Shown here piece by piece: positions 24,550 through 33,444 of a DNA stretch of 39,011 bases (position 1 is the stretch's first letter; every line of letters begins with the position of its first letter). The notes beneath the pieces were generated by a model. That model saw nothing but the letters and a program-made list of their open reading frames with translations, searched no databases and was not told the DNA's origin. Source of the stretch: a virus (lineage: Duplodnaviria; Caudoviricetes); IMG/VR virus record IMGVR_UViG_3300036859_000283, positions 1-39,011 of that record. The stretch is one strand, 5' to 3'. The position numbers were made by a program, and so were the translations under genes.

Positions 24550-26536
24550 TCGGCAGGCGGACCCTGTCATCTACACCGGCCTCCGCGGGCGGGACGGGAG
24601 CACGACCGCCCAGATCGAGATTCCGGAGCACAAGGCGAAAGAGTGCCTGAATGTGGATTTCTTTCAGGCGGCTTTGGCTCGAAAGCGAGGCGGGGCGACG
24701 GATGCCTTTGCGCTGACCACGAGCGAGAACACGTCCTCTGTGACTTCGGCCCTGATCCGTCATGTGCCGAGCGCAGACGAGACGCTGGCGGAACTGTGGA
24801 TGGTGACCGGTGCGGCCACACCGATCGTGCAGCGACTCGCGGCTGGGACGGCGTGGGCCTCGATCACGGTGGGAGACGCGATCGCGACCCGTCCTCAGGA
24901 CGTGTGGGGCGTGTCCTTCAATGGCAAGCTGTTCCTGTTCTACGACAGCACGCAAGACCGCGGACACGTCTACGATCCGGCCATCAGCACCACCGCCCTG
25001 AGGCGCACAGGACTTACCACGCCCTCCGCCGCCCCGACCGTAGCGAATACCGGATCGGGGTCGTACGCGGCGACACAGCGGTGGTATCGCGTCCGTGAAG
25101 TCATTCTGGTGAGTAGTGTCACCGTGCTCATTTCTGAAGCCTCCGCGGCCGTGGCCTTCACACCGTCTGGGTCTGGAACGGCGGCGCGAGTCACGAAGCC
25201 ATCGGACATGGGTGAGGGGGCCACTCATTGGCGCCTGGAAGCTTCGGCCACGTCCTCAGATGGGCCGTTCTACATCCTCGCAACGACCGTGGTCGGAACC
25301 ACGACGTACGACGATTCCGCCGCGACGACGGCGTACAGCAACGGCACCCCGACGGAAGTCGCGGGCGACTATACACGCCCGTCCAGCTTCAAGTACGGAA
25401 TCGCGGACGGCGCGCGGCTCCTGATGGCGGGGCCGAATGAAGCGGGGATTGATCCGTCGTCGGTGTTCTTCACGACGGTCTTAGGCTCGAGCCGGGCGGA
25501 AACCGGCGGGGCGTCGTACTACGACGACGAACGGGTGCCCACGAGCAACAAGATCCCGCTCGACCCGAAGGACGGCGGAGAAATCACCGGATTTGGTGGG
25601 CCGTTCGAGAACCAGGTGATTGCCTTCAAGTACCGGCAGGTCTGGCGGCTGATTCCGACCGGGATTGAGGACGACCCCTATCGACGCAAGGCCGTGTCCA
25701 AGGTCGTGGGGAGTATCCGCCAACAGGCCGTCGTCATGGCGGAGGATGAATCCGGGAACCCTACCCTGTACTGGCTGTCGCACCTCGGGCCGTATCGCTT
25801 CAATCTTCAACAAGGGCTGTCGAAGCTCGTGTGGGATGTGCAGGACATCTGGAGCACGGTGAACCTTGCGGCGACGACCGCGACGTGCCACGGGGTGTAC
25901 CACTCCGATCGCCATCAGATTTGGTGGTGGGTCTCGGTCAGCGCGGAGAACGAACCCACCACCACGAAACTCGTCTTCGATACGCGCCTGGGCCGGATGA
26001 CGCAGGCCGGCGACGTGCGGGACGGGTGGAGTAAGCACACGGGCGAAACGGCCAAAGCTCGCTGCTCGGTGATGTTCGCGAACACACTCGGCGCCACGGT
26101 GTCACGGGACCTCAAGCCCTACATCGGCCAGAACGGCGGCAACGGGCGGCTGTGGAAACTGGACACGACGGATCAGGATGACGCCGGAACGGCCTTTCAA
26201 GGTCTCGTGACCTTCCCCGATCGGCATTACGGTGGGCTCGACCATGCCTGTGCGGTGCGAACGCCGATCGTCCTCGGGACTGCGGGGAGCGTCACGATCA
26301 CGGTGGGGATGACGCCGAACTATGACAGCGCGGCCCAGCAGACCGGCTCCGTCTCGATGGTGGCGACCGGGAGTGAAACGCGCGTCTTGCGAGCCGTGGA
26401 AGGCGTGGAGCTCGGCGACGAGATCTATGCCGCGGCGGTCTCGGTGGGGGATGGGGCGGCGGCGGCCACGGCCCAGTGGACGCTGGATGCGTTGATCGTG
26501 CCGGTCGAGCGCCGGCAAGAACTGGTGCCGGTCTAA
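24542..26536 (+). CDS. Tail nozzle / DNA-stabilisation protein (P22 gp10 / T7 gp12-like)
   Basis: 664 aa, beta-propeller-like; ECLNVDF...RKRGG N-terminus; DG.EITG; position after the adaptor. Confidence 0.75.
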   Translation: MASRQADPVIYTGLRGRDGSTTAQIEIPEHKAKECLNVDFFQAALARKRGGATDAFALTTSENTSSVTSALIRHVPSADETLAELWMVTGAATPIVQRLAAGTAWASITVGDAIATRPQDVWGVSFNGKLFLFYDSTQDRGHVYDPAISTTALRRTGLTTPSAAPTVANTGSGSYAATQRWYRVREVILVSSVTVLISEASAAVAFTPSGSGTAARVTKPSDMGEGATHWRLEASATSSDGPFYILATTVVGTTTYDDSAATTAYSNGTPTEVAGDYTRPSSFKYGIADGARLLMAGPNEAGIDPSSVFFTTVLGSSRAETGGASYYDDERVPTSNKIPLDPKDGGEITGFGGPFENQVIAFKYRQVWRLIPTGIEDDPYRRKAVSKVVGSIRQQAVVMAEDESGNPTLYWLSHLGPYRFNLQQGLSKLVWDVQDIWSTVNLAATTATCHGVYHSDRHQIWWWVSVSAENEPTTTKLVFDTRLGRMTQAGDVRDGWSKHTGETAKARCSVMFANTLGATVSRDLKPYIGQNGGNGRLWKLDTTDQDDAGTAFQGLVTFPDRHYGGLDHACAVRTPIVLGTAGSVTITVGMTPNYDSAAQQTGSVSMVATGSETRVLRAVEGVELGDEIYAAAVSVGDGAAAATAQWTLDALIVPVERRQELVPV

Positions 26537-27360
26537 TGCCGATTGACTTTGAACCCGGCGGCGCACCGGTTCCAGCCTACGCCCTGCAGCGGCTGACTGA
26601 GGATGCGTTTGTTGGCACGGCGGCCATGCTCGATCAGCAGCATGACGGGCAGGGCGGGCACACCAACGTCACGCTGGAATCGCTGGCGCCGCGGGTGGAC
26701 GGCGATCTCGTGGAGATAGCTGCGGGACTTCGGTTCACGCTGGGGCCGTGGGTGCTTGACGCGGACGGGAACCCCAATACTCCCGTGGCCGCGATTCGTG
26801 TGCCGCAGATCACGGCGAACCAGAACGACTACAACCCGCCAGGACTGGCCACGGCGCTCGTGGTCGAACTGGACAGTGACGCGGCGCGCACCATCACCGG
26901 ACTCGTGACGTCGAAGCGACGCCGGATTCTGAAGTTGGTGAATCGGAGCAACTACACGATCACGTTGTCGCACAACAGCGGTAGCAGCACGGCGGCGTAC
27001 CGGTTTGCGTTCAGTGGGAGTGTGGACTACCCCCTCCGGTCAGGGGGCTATCTCGAGCTGTATTACGAACCTGGGGCGCCGATCTGGCGAGGGGAGAGCA
27101 TGGGCGCGACCTTACGATCGGTCCAACGGGCCACGGCGATTATTGCCGCGGGCGATTCCTCCAAGGCGGCCACACTGGGGACCACGCTGACGGATCTGGC
27201 GAAGGCCGAAGTTAGGCTCCTGGGATTTACGACCGCGTCTGTCGATCTCCCCAGCCGCACGGTGCGCCTGGAGTTGACGAACACCACCACGCTGACCGCG
27301 TTTCGTGGCGGCACGGACGAAGAAATGCGCGTGAGCTACGAAGTCTCGGAGTGGGGGTAG
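26536..27360 (+). CDS. Tail-associated structural protein
   Basis: ITANQNDYNP...DAARTITGL...ITLSH motif; beta-rich. Confidence 0.6.
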   Translation: MPIDFEPGGAPVPAYALQRLTEDAFVGTAAMLDQQHDGQGGHTNVTLESLAPRVDGDLVEIAAGLRFTLGPWVLDADGNPNTPVAAIRVPQITANQNDYNPPGLATALVVELDSDAARTITGLVTSKRRRILKLVNRSNYTITLSHNSGSSTAAYRFAFSGSVDYPLRSGGYLELYYEPGAPIWRGESMGATLRSVQRATAIIAAGDSSKAATLGTTLTDLAKAEVRLLGFTTASVDLPSRTVRLELTNTTTLTAFRGGTDEEMRVSYEVSEWG

Positions 27361-27363
27361 ACG

Positions 27364-28194
27364 ATGGCACTTGAGGATCCATACGACCCGCAAGACCCGC
27401 AAGACCCGTTGACCGCGCCCGCTCGGGACCGGAACGCGCTGAGAAGCCGCGCCAAGTCGCTCTATGGGAATTCGTGGGACGCCGACGCCGAGCAGCAGTT
27501 TAACTCTCGGTTCGATCAGAACCAGTCCGACGAAGACCTGCTCGCGCACACGGGTGAGGACTACCGTGCGAGGTTTCCGAGTGGTGGGGGCGCGGCGCCG
27601 CAGGGGACGAGTCAGTACAGCTCTGGACAGGCGGGGTCCGGAGATGCGGCCCTCTCGTCCTTCATGGACTACATCAAGACCCGTGACTCCGCATCACAAC
27701 AGCAGCAAGCGGCACTCCGCGAGATCCTAATGGGGCAATTGGGCCAAGCCACGTCCCCGCTCGACGCGAATGCGCCCGGGATCCGCGAGGTCTTGGCCGG
27801 CCAGCGTCTTGGCCTCCAGCGGGGGGCGGAACGGAAGTTGGCGGACTCGGCGGAGCTGAGGGCGTATGACGGCTCTGGTGGTGTCGGCGGGAAGGCCTAC
27901 ACCCAGGACCGCGATCGAATCCTCCAGGGGCAGGCGGAGTCCGACGCCCAGATGACCGGCGACGTCTTGAACAGAGAGCTCCAGCAGAAGCGCGATCAAG
28001 TCACGCGCATGCTGGCGCTGGCGACGCAGCTTGGGGATGCGGAAAGCGCGCGGCTGCTGCAAGCCCAGTTGAATTCGATTCAGACGCAACTGAGTCAGTC
28101 GAACTTCTACGACCAAAGCGCGTTCAATTACGCGCAGTTGAACCAGCAAGGGAATCAGAACACCTTGCTCTCGCTCTTGGGGGCACTCTCATGA
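27364..28194 (+). CDS. Internal virion / DNA ejection protein
   Basis: Q/A/G-rich helical protein in the ejection-gene position. Confidence 0.6.
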   Translation: MALEDPYDPQDPQDPLTAPARDRNALRSRAKSLYGNSWDADAEQQFNSRFDQNQSDEDLLAHTGEDYRARFPSGGGAAPQGTSQYSSGQAGSGDAALSSFMDYIKTRDSASQQQQAALREILMGQLGQATSPLDANAPGIREVLAGQRLGLQRGAERKLADSAELRAYDGSGGVGGKAYTQDRDRILQGQAESDAQMTGDVLNRELQQKRDQVTRMLALATQLGDAESARLLQAQLNSIQTQLSQSNFYDQSAFNYAQLNQQGNQNTLLSLLGALS

Positions 28195-28820
28195 GCTTCC
28201 TTTCTGGCCTCGGAAAGATTCTGTCGATCGCTGGGCCGATCGCCGCGGCGCCCTTCACGGGTGGAAGCAGCTTGCTCGGCCTGATGGGCGCTGGCGCGGG
28301 GACAGCGGCGGCCATCGGGGGCGGGGTTGGCGCGCTGGGTGGCGTGCTGAGCGGCGCATCCAAAGGCTCCGCCGATCAGCGACTCCAAGAGAATCAGGGC
28401 ATTCTGTCGCAGCAGGGCCTGAATCTCCAAGGGGCACGTGATCAGTACAACGCGGGGCTCAGTGGGGCGCAGTTTCAGCAGCAGGAGCAGGATCGTCAGC
28501 GGAAAGCCGCGATCCTCTCGGCACTCCTGAAGGGGACGCAGGACCAAACCATCACGCCTGGCAATCCAATGATCGCCTCACGGATGCCCCAGGTCAGTGG
28601 TGGGGCGCGGCCGTCGAATCTGACCGGGAATGCGGCGGCCTTACTGCAACTGCTTGCGGGTGGGCCGATTCAGGCGCCCCAGTACCAGGCCCCTGGCGCC
28701 ATGCCGATCAAGAACGCGGGTCTCGGTGAAAAGATCCTCGGTGGAGCCGGGCTCGGCACGTCGATTCTCGGCGCCTTGGGGCCACTGGTGAAGAAGCCTC
28801 AGCCGCAGGTGAATCTCTAA
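28191..28820 (+). CDS. DNA ejection (pilot) protein with glycine-zipper N-terminus
   Basis: IAAAPFTGGSS...GAAAIGGGVGALGG. Confidence 0.65.
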   Translation: MSFLSGLGKILSIAGPIAAAPFTGGSSLLGLMGAGAGTAAAIGGGVGALGGVLSGASKGSADQRLQENQGILSQQGLNLQGARDQYNAGLSGAQFQQQEQDRQRKAAILSALLKGTQDQTITPGNPMIASRMPQVSGGARPSNLTGNAAALLQLLAGGPIQAPQYQAPGAMPIKNAGLGEKILGGAGLGTSILGALGPLVKKPQPQVNL

Positions 28821-29863
28821 TGGGTCTCTCCGGCGCGGCCTCCGGAGCGAGCAACGCGCTGCAGGAGATTCTGGCGCGGGCGTTTGCGGAGAAGCAGGCC
28901 CAAGCGCAGCTGGCCCTCCAACAGCAGGCGCTGCAGCAGCGCACAGACGCGGACCAACAGGATCGCAATCTGCGGATCAGGAACTTTGACGCCGACGAGC
29001 AGTATCGTCAAGGTCAAGTCGCACGCCAAGGCCGGCAGGATGACGTGGCGGCGACGGAACGCCGGCAGGCCGAGAATCAGCGCGGCGTGCGTCGGATGAT
29101 TGGGGACTTCCTGGTGCAGCGCGGCGCCACCCCGTTGGATACTGGCGCACGACAGACACTGCAGGGGATGGCTATCCAAGAGGATGTGGATCTGCCGAAG
29201 CAGATCGCGGACGACCCGACGGCTGCCAATGCCGAATGGGAACGCCGACAGGGCATCGAGCACAAGAACCGCCTCGGAGAAATCGGCGCGACGACCGCTG
29301 GGCAGGAGCGCGTGGCGCGCGTGCGCGCGGACGAGACGCGTCAGACGCAGGCCGCGAAGGCGTCGTTGGGGGCTACGACTGGGGCCGGGAATGAGTACAG
29401 CACGGAGCGGGCGCAGCGCACAATTCAGGACGTGGACGAAGTGATCCCGATGATCAACAGCCGCACGTCAGGATTTGGGAGCGTGCTCTCTAGTGTCCCC
29501 GGCACGGATGCGCGGCGCGTGGCTGGGAAACTCAAGACGTTGTCGGCCAATATCGCCTTCAACGAACTCACGGCCATGAGGAACGCCAGCAAGACCGGTG
29601 GGGCTTTGGGTGCGGTGTCAGATCGAGAGGCCCAGCTGCTCACCAATTCGCTCGGCGCGATCGATCAGGGGCTGGACGGAGCGGATCTCGTGGCTGAGCT
29701 GAACAAGATCAAGGAGAGCGTCAACCGGTGGGAGCAGGCCCGTAAAACGGCCGGTGTGACTGGAGCGCCTGCGATGGCGACGAGTCATGCCCCATCGCAG
29801 GCGGCGCCAACGGTTCAGAAGTGGGGTCGCGATGCACAGGGACGACCTGTGCCGATCAAGTAG
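28820..29863 (+). CDS. DNA ejection protein
   Basis: PGTDA...LKTL.ANIAF..L..MR.ASKTGGALG.VSDRE...L motif seen in podovirus injection proteins. Confidence 0.7.
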   Translation: MGLSGAASGASNALQEILARAFAEKQAQAQLALQQQALQQRTDADQQDRNLRIRNFDADEQYRQGQVARQGRQDDVAATERRQAENQRGVRRMIGDFLVQRGATPLDTGARQTLQGMAIQEDVDLPKQIADDPTAANAEWERRQGIEHKNRLGEIGATTAGQERVARVRADETRQTQAAKASLGATTGAGNEYSTERAQRTIQDVDEVIPMINSRTSGFGSVLSSVPGTDARRVAGKLKTLSANIAFNELTAMRNASKTGGALGAVSDREAQLLTNSLGAIDQGLDGADLVAELNKIKESVNRWEQARKTAGVTGAPAMATSHAPSQAAPTVQKWGRDAQGRPVPIK

Positions 29864-31081
29864 ATGCCGAAGTCGATCGAATTTGACGGCGTCGTCCACG
29901 AGTTTCCGGACGATTTCACCGACGCGGACATTGCCGCGGCGTTGACGCAGGTGTCTCCGCAGGCCAGCCACGGCCAGTCTGGCGAAACGCCCGCCCAGAT
30001 GGTCAACGTCGGCGGACGTGGGACCGGCCTTGATCTTCGCCTGTCTCGGCGACGATCGGCGGATGCGCTGCCCACTATTGGTGGCGGTGTCGGCGCGGCG
30101 CTCGGTGGGCTGACGTCGCCTGTCACTGGCCCGGTTGGGCCGGCTGTCGGTGCGGCGCTCGGCGGCGGGGCTGGGACGGCGCTGCGGTCGATGGTGCGTG
30201 GCGAGTCACCGAATGCCAACGAGGTGATTGATAGCGGACTCGGCCAAGGCGCGCTCCAAGCGGTGACACCACTGGGGACTGCGGCGGCGAAGGGGCTCTA
30301 TAAGGGCGGTGTGGCGCTCTTGCCGAAGGGGATCAAGCAAGCCTTCCCCAATCTTGCTGAGACTGGATTCCGTGAAGGCGTGGCGCTGACACGACGCGGA
30401 GCGGAGAAGGCGGAACGCGCCATTGGCGAATCGGCCGGAACGGCGGACGCGATGATCGCATCCGCCCAGGCTGGCGGGGCGAAGCCGATTGCGCCGATTG
30501 AAGTGTTGCGCGAACTTCGGCCGGTGGGTCAGAAGATCCGCACGCAAGAAGGACTCGGGTTGCCCAGTGAGATGCCGGCTCTGATGACGCGGGCGAAATC
30601 CTTTATGGGGCGTGGCCCGCTGGATCTCCAGCAAGCGCAGGCGCTCAAGAAGGAAGCCCAGGATCTCGCGACGACCGCGTACAAGGCCCGTGACAAGGGC
30701 GCCGTGATCAACAGCATCGAGGCCCTGACGAATGAAGGGCAGGCGAGAGGGTTACGGAAGGGGCTGGAGTCGCGCGTGCCTGGGCTCGGTGACGTGAACG
30801 CGCGCACACAGTCACTGATCGGCGTCCGTGACGCAGCCGAGCACGCCAGCCAGACCGGGCATGTGCTGCCGCGCGTGCTCGGCGCGATCGGCCTTGGTGG
30901 CGCGGCGGGTCCTGCGGGTATGGCCCCGGCGGCGTTAGCGGCTGGTGTCGGCGGAACGATGACGACACCCGGGGGATTGACGGCAACGGGATTGGCGTTG
31001 AAGCCGATCGCGGCCCATCTGCCGAGTGCGACACGGATCGCGTTGCTCTTGAGCCTACTGGGTCAGGAGCAGGAGCAGTAA
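29864..31081 (+). CDS. DNA ejection/transfer protein with glycine-zipper segments
   Basis: EFDG..HEFPDD.TD..I N-terminus; GxxxG hydrophobic segments. Confidence 0.65.
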   Translation: MPKSIEFDGVVHEFPDDFTDADIAAALTQVSPQASHGQSGETPAQMVNVGGRGTGLDLRLSRRRSADALPTIGGGVGAALGGLTSPVTGPVGPAVGAALGGGAGTALRSMVRGESPNANEVIDSGLGQGALQAVTPLGTAAAKGLYKGGVALLPKGIKQAFPNLAETGFREGVALTRRGAEKAERAIGESAGTADAMIASAQAGGAKPIAPIEVLRELRPVGQKIRTQEGLGLPSEMPALMTRAKSFMGRGPLDLQQAQALKKEAQDLATTAYKARDKGAVINSIEALTNEGQARGLRKGLESRVPGLGDVNARTQSLIGVRDAAEHASQTGHVLPRVLGAIGLGGAAGPAGMAPAALAAGVGGTMTTPGGLTATGLALKPIAAHLPSATRIALLLSLLGQEQEQ

Positions 31082-31168
31082 GACGATGAGCAGGACGCCG
31101 ATCACGACCACGCCGTGCCCGATGTCGCGCACGTTGTGCTCGAGGCGTTCCCAGCGCTTCTCGTCCAC
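31055..31168 (-). CDS. Small single-TM protein (37 aa), superinfection-exclusion candidate
   Basis: MDEKRWERLEHNVRDIGHGVVVIGVLLIVLLLLLLTQ; extended -10 TGcTAGGCT 6 nt upstream of the GTG. Confidence 0.55.
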   Translation of the reverse strand: MDEKRWERLEHNVRDIGHGVVVIGVLLIVLLLLLLTQ

Positions 31169-31182
31169 GCTGAAAGCCTAGC

Positions 31183-31275
31183 ATGAGCGAGGCGGATCGG
31201 AAGGAATTGGAAATTGCCATTCGGGTGCTCGCGAAAGAAGTCGAGCGCCTGAAGAGGTTGCTCGAAAAGTCGTAA
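31183..31275 (+). CDS. Small coiled-coil peptide (30 aa)
   Basis: MSEADRKELEIAIRVLAKEVERLKRLLEKS; no clear RBS. Confidence 0.4.
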   Translation: MSEADRKELEIAIRVLAKEVERLKRLLEKS

Positions 31276-31378
31276 ACTACAGTCGAGTTCTGGCCCGCGC
31301 TGACTCTGGCCCGCTTTGGCCGCCCAGGGTCCCTTCCCAACGGGGGACGCCGCCCAGTAGTGACGAAGGAGTCCTGCT

Positions 31379-32662
31379 ATGCGGCGTGTCCGATACCTCA
31401 CCCTGCTCCTGATCGGCCTGCTGGCGATGCCAGCCGCGGCGCAGCAATTCGTTCGTCTGCAATCCACCGCCACGCAGGGCACGATTTCCGCGAATGGCGG
31501 CTATGTCGAACTCACCACGGCCAACGTGGGCGGGTTCGGCTCGGTCAAGGTGCAGACCTTGGACAGCTACTCGGGCACCTGGGAAGTGCAGTGCTCGCTG
31601 AAGGCCAACCCGATCACGTACGACACCGCCGCTGAACTGACGCTCAAGCCCACGGACAGCACGACCACGGCCACGAGTGTCACCGACGCGGTTGGCATCT
31701 GGGAAGTCACCAACGCCTCTGGGTGTAACGCGATCCGCGTGATTGCCACGGCTGGCTTTGCCGCCTCAGACACCGTGGTCATCATCACGGCCACGCAATC
31801 CGGCGGCGGCTCTGGCGGTGGCGGTGGAGCTGGCACGGCCGATTCCACCGCGGCCAATCAGGTCTCAGAGATCGCGCTCTTGACCACGATCGACAGTTCC
31901 GAATCGACGGCGGTCACGAAACTCACCTCGATCGACAGTTCGATTGCCACGCTCGTCAGTCGGGTGAATCCAGACCAAACCGAGGACACCGCGCCGACAT
32001 TCCTCTCTGGGCCGTTCGGGATGCTGAAGGCGAAGGACTTTGACGGCGCGGCGCTCACGGCGGTGGACGCAGAAAATGACCCCGTCATCGCGGCTGGCTC
32101 GCTCAATGGCGTCGCGTACGTCATGCTGACCACTGAGGATGGGAGTAAGTCGCCAATTCAGTTGGAGGACGACGCGGCAGCGGGGGCTGGTGCTGGTTTG
32201 CGGAGCTTCGTCAAGCGATGCGACACCCCTGCGACGTCTGGAGGCACAGACGGCGATCTAGTTGATCCCTGCTCTGACGCCTTGGGACGGATGTGGGTGA
32301 AGGACGGGAATCCTTGTTCTGACCCTGCACGTATCACCTCGGCCGCAATCAGTGAGAGCACGGCCGCGACGAACGAGATCGTGGCACTCAGCGGCTCAAA
32401 CCTGATTTTCGTGTGCAGTTACAAGTTCGTGACGACCGCTGCGAATAGCCTGAACTGGAAGTACGGCACCGGCACCGATTGCGGAACTGGCACGACGTCC
32501 ATTGAAGGTGCGCAGCCCTACGCCGCGAATGGCGGTGCGGCGGAGAGCGGTGGCGGAGCCCCGTTGTTTAGTGTCCCGGCTGGCAATGCGCTCTGCCTGA
32601 CGTCCACCGTCGCGACCGCACACGGGGGGCGCGTGTCCTACGTCAGCACGGCGGCGCCGTAG
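31379..32662 (+). CDS. Signal-peptide-bearing fibre/adhesin-like protein
   Basis: MRRVRYLTLLLIGLLAMPAAA|Q; Gly linker; STAANQ...L..ID segment; 8 Cys; AAGGAG RBS. Confidence 0.7.
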   Translation: MRRVRYLTLLLIGLLAMPAAAQQFVRLQSTATQGTISANGGYVELTTANVGGFGSVKVQTLDSYSGTWEVQCSLKANPITYDTAAELTLKPTDSTTTATSVTDAVGIWEVTNASGCNAIRVIATAGFAASDTVVIITATQSGGGSGGGGGAGTADSTAANQVSEIALLTTIDSSESTAVTKLTSIDSSIATLVSRVNPDQTEDTAPTFLSGPFGMLKAKDFDGAALTAVDAENDPVIAAGSLNGVAYVMLTTEDGSKSPIQLEDDAAAGAGAGLRSFVKRCDTPATSGGTDGDLVDPCSDALGRMWVKDGNPCSDPARITSAAISESTAATNEIVALSGSNLIFVCSYKFVTTAANSLNWKYGTGTDCGTGTTSIEGAQPYAANGGAAESGGGAPLFSVPAGNALCLTSTVATAHGGRVSYVSTAAP

Positions 32663-32664
32663 CT

Positions 32665-33444
32665 ATGCGCCGACTTCTAGCCTGCATGTCTGCGCTGTTC
32701 CTGACGGCGCTCGTGGTCCATCTTCAGGCGGCCACCACGAAGTTTTCTGACCTCTGCACCAACACGAGTGCATCGGCTGAAGATCTGCCCACTCAAACGA
32801 ATCACGTCACCGATACCGGCGCATCTCCGTTTTGGGCCGAGTTGCTCGACTCTGCGGGGACCATCGTCTACCAAGCGAAATCTAACGACACGTGCGCCAC
32901 GAATACGGCTGCCACATCGAATCGGGTGATTTGGGTCGTGACGCCGAGTTCAGCCCTTGGCAGTGCGGATTACGACTTCAGTTTCGTGATCGTGACGCCA
33001 TCTGCCGGGCAGACGGATGATGACCACCTCTGCGCGTTTGGAAGGATGACGGATGCCACGCATGGGTATGGCGCCTGCGTGGATTCCGACACCGCGCCGC
33101 AGACGGTGAGCATCATCGTGCTCAATGGCGCGAATTCAGGTTTAACCGCACAGGTGCCGGTGACCACCACGTTGAATAACGGCGACGTGCTCATGCTGTC
33201 GATGCGGGGCGACACGATCAAGGCCAAGATTAACGGCGTCACGATGACGTGCCTTGTCGATGCCACCAATACGATGGCCGGACAAGGCGGCATTGGCCAA
33301 GGCAACTTCATTACGTCCACGGCGGATGTGGCATCTGGCGAGCGCGACAATATCCTGCTCGAAGACGCCACGGGTGATGGTGGCGACGACAATTGCAGCG
33401 CCGCAGGGGCACCGAAAGGGCTGCTCATGGGGATTCTGCCGTGA
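32665..33444 (+). CDS. Signal-peptide-bearing ConA/lectin-like beta-sandwich protein
   Basis: MRRLLACMSALFLTALVVHLQA|A; GD.L.L..RGDTIKAKING; 6 Cys in the mature part. Confidence 0.7.
   Translation: MRRLLACMSALFLTALVVHLQAATTKFSDLCTNTSASAEDLPTQTNHVTDTGASPFWAELLDSAGTIVYQAKSNDTCATNTAATSNRVIWVVTPSSALGSADYDFSFVIVTPSAGQTDDDHLCAFGRMTDATHGYGACVDSDTAPQTVSIIVLNGANSGLTAQVPVTTTLNNGDVLMLSMRGDTIKAKINGVTMTCLVDATNTMAGQGGIGQGNFITSTADVASGERDNILLEDATGDGGDDNCSAAGAPKGLLMGILP

Noticed and set aside
27385-27408. 9-bp tandem repeat GACCCGCAA
   Set aside because: Ordinary in-frame low-complexity coding repeat (DPQDPQDP).
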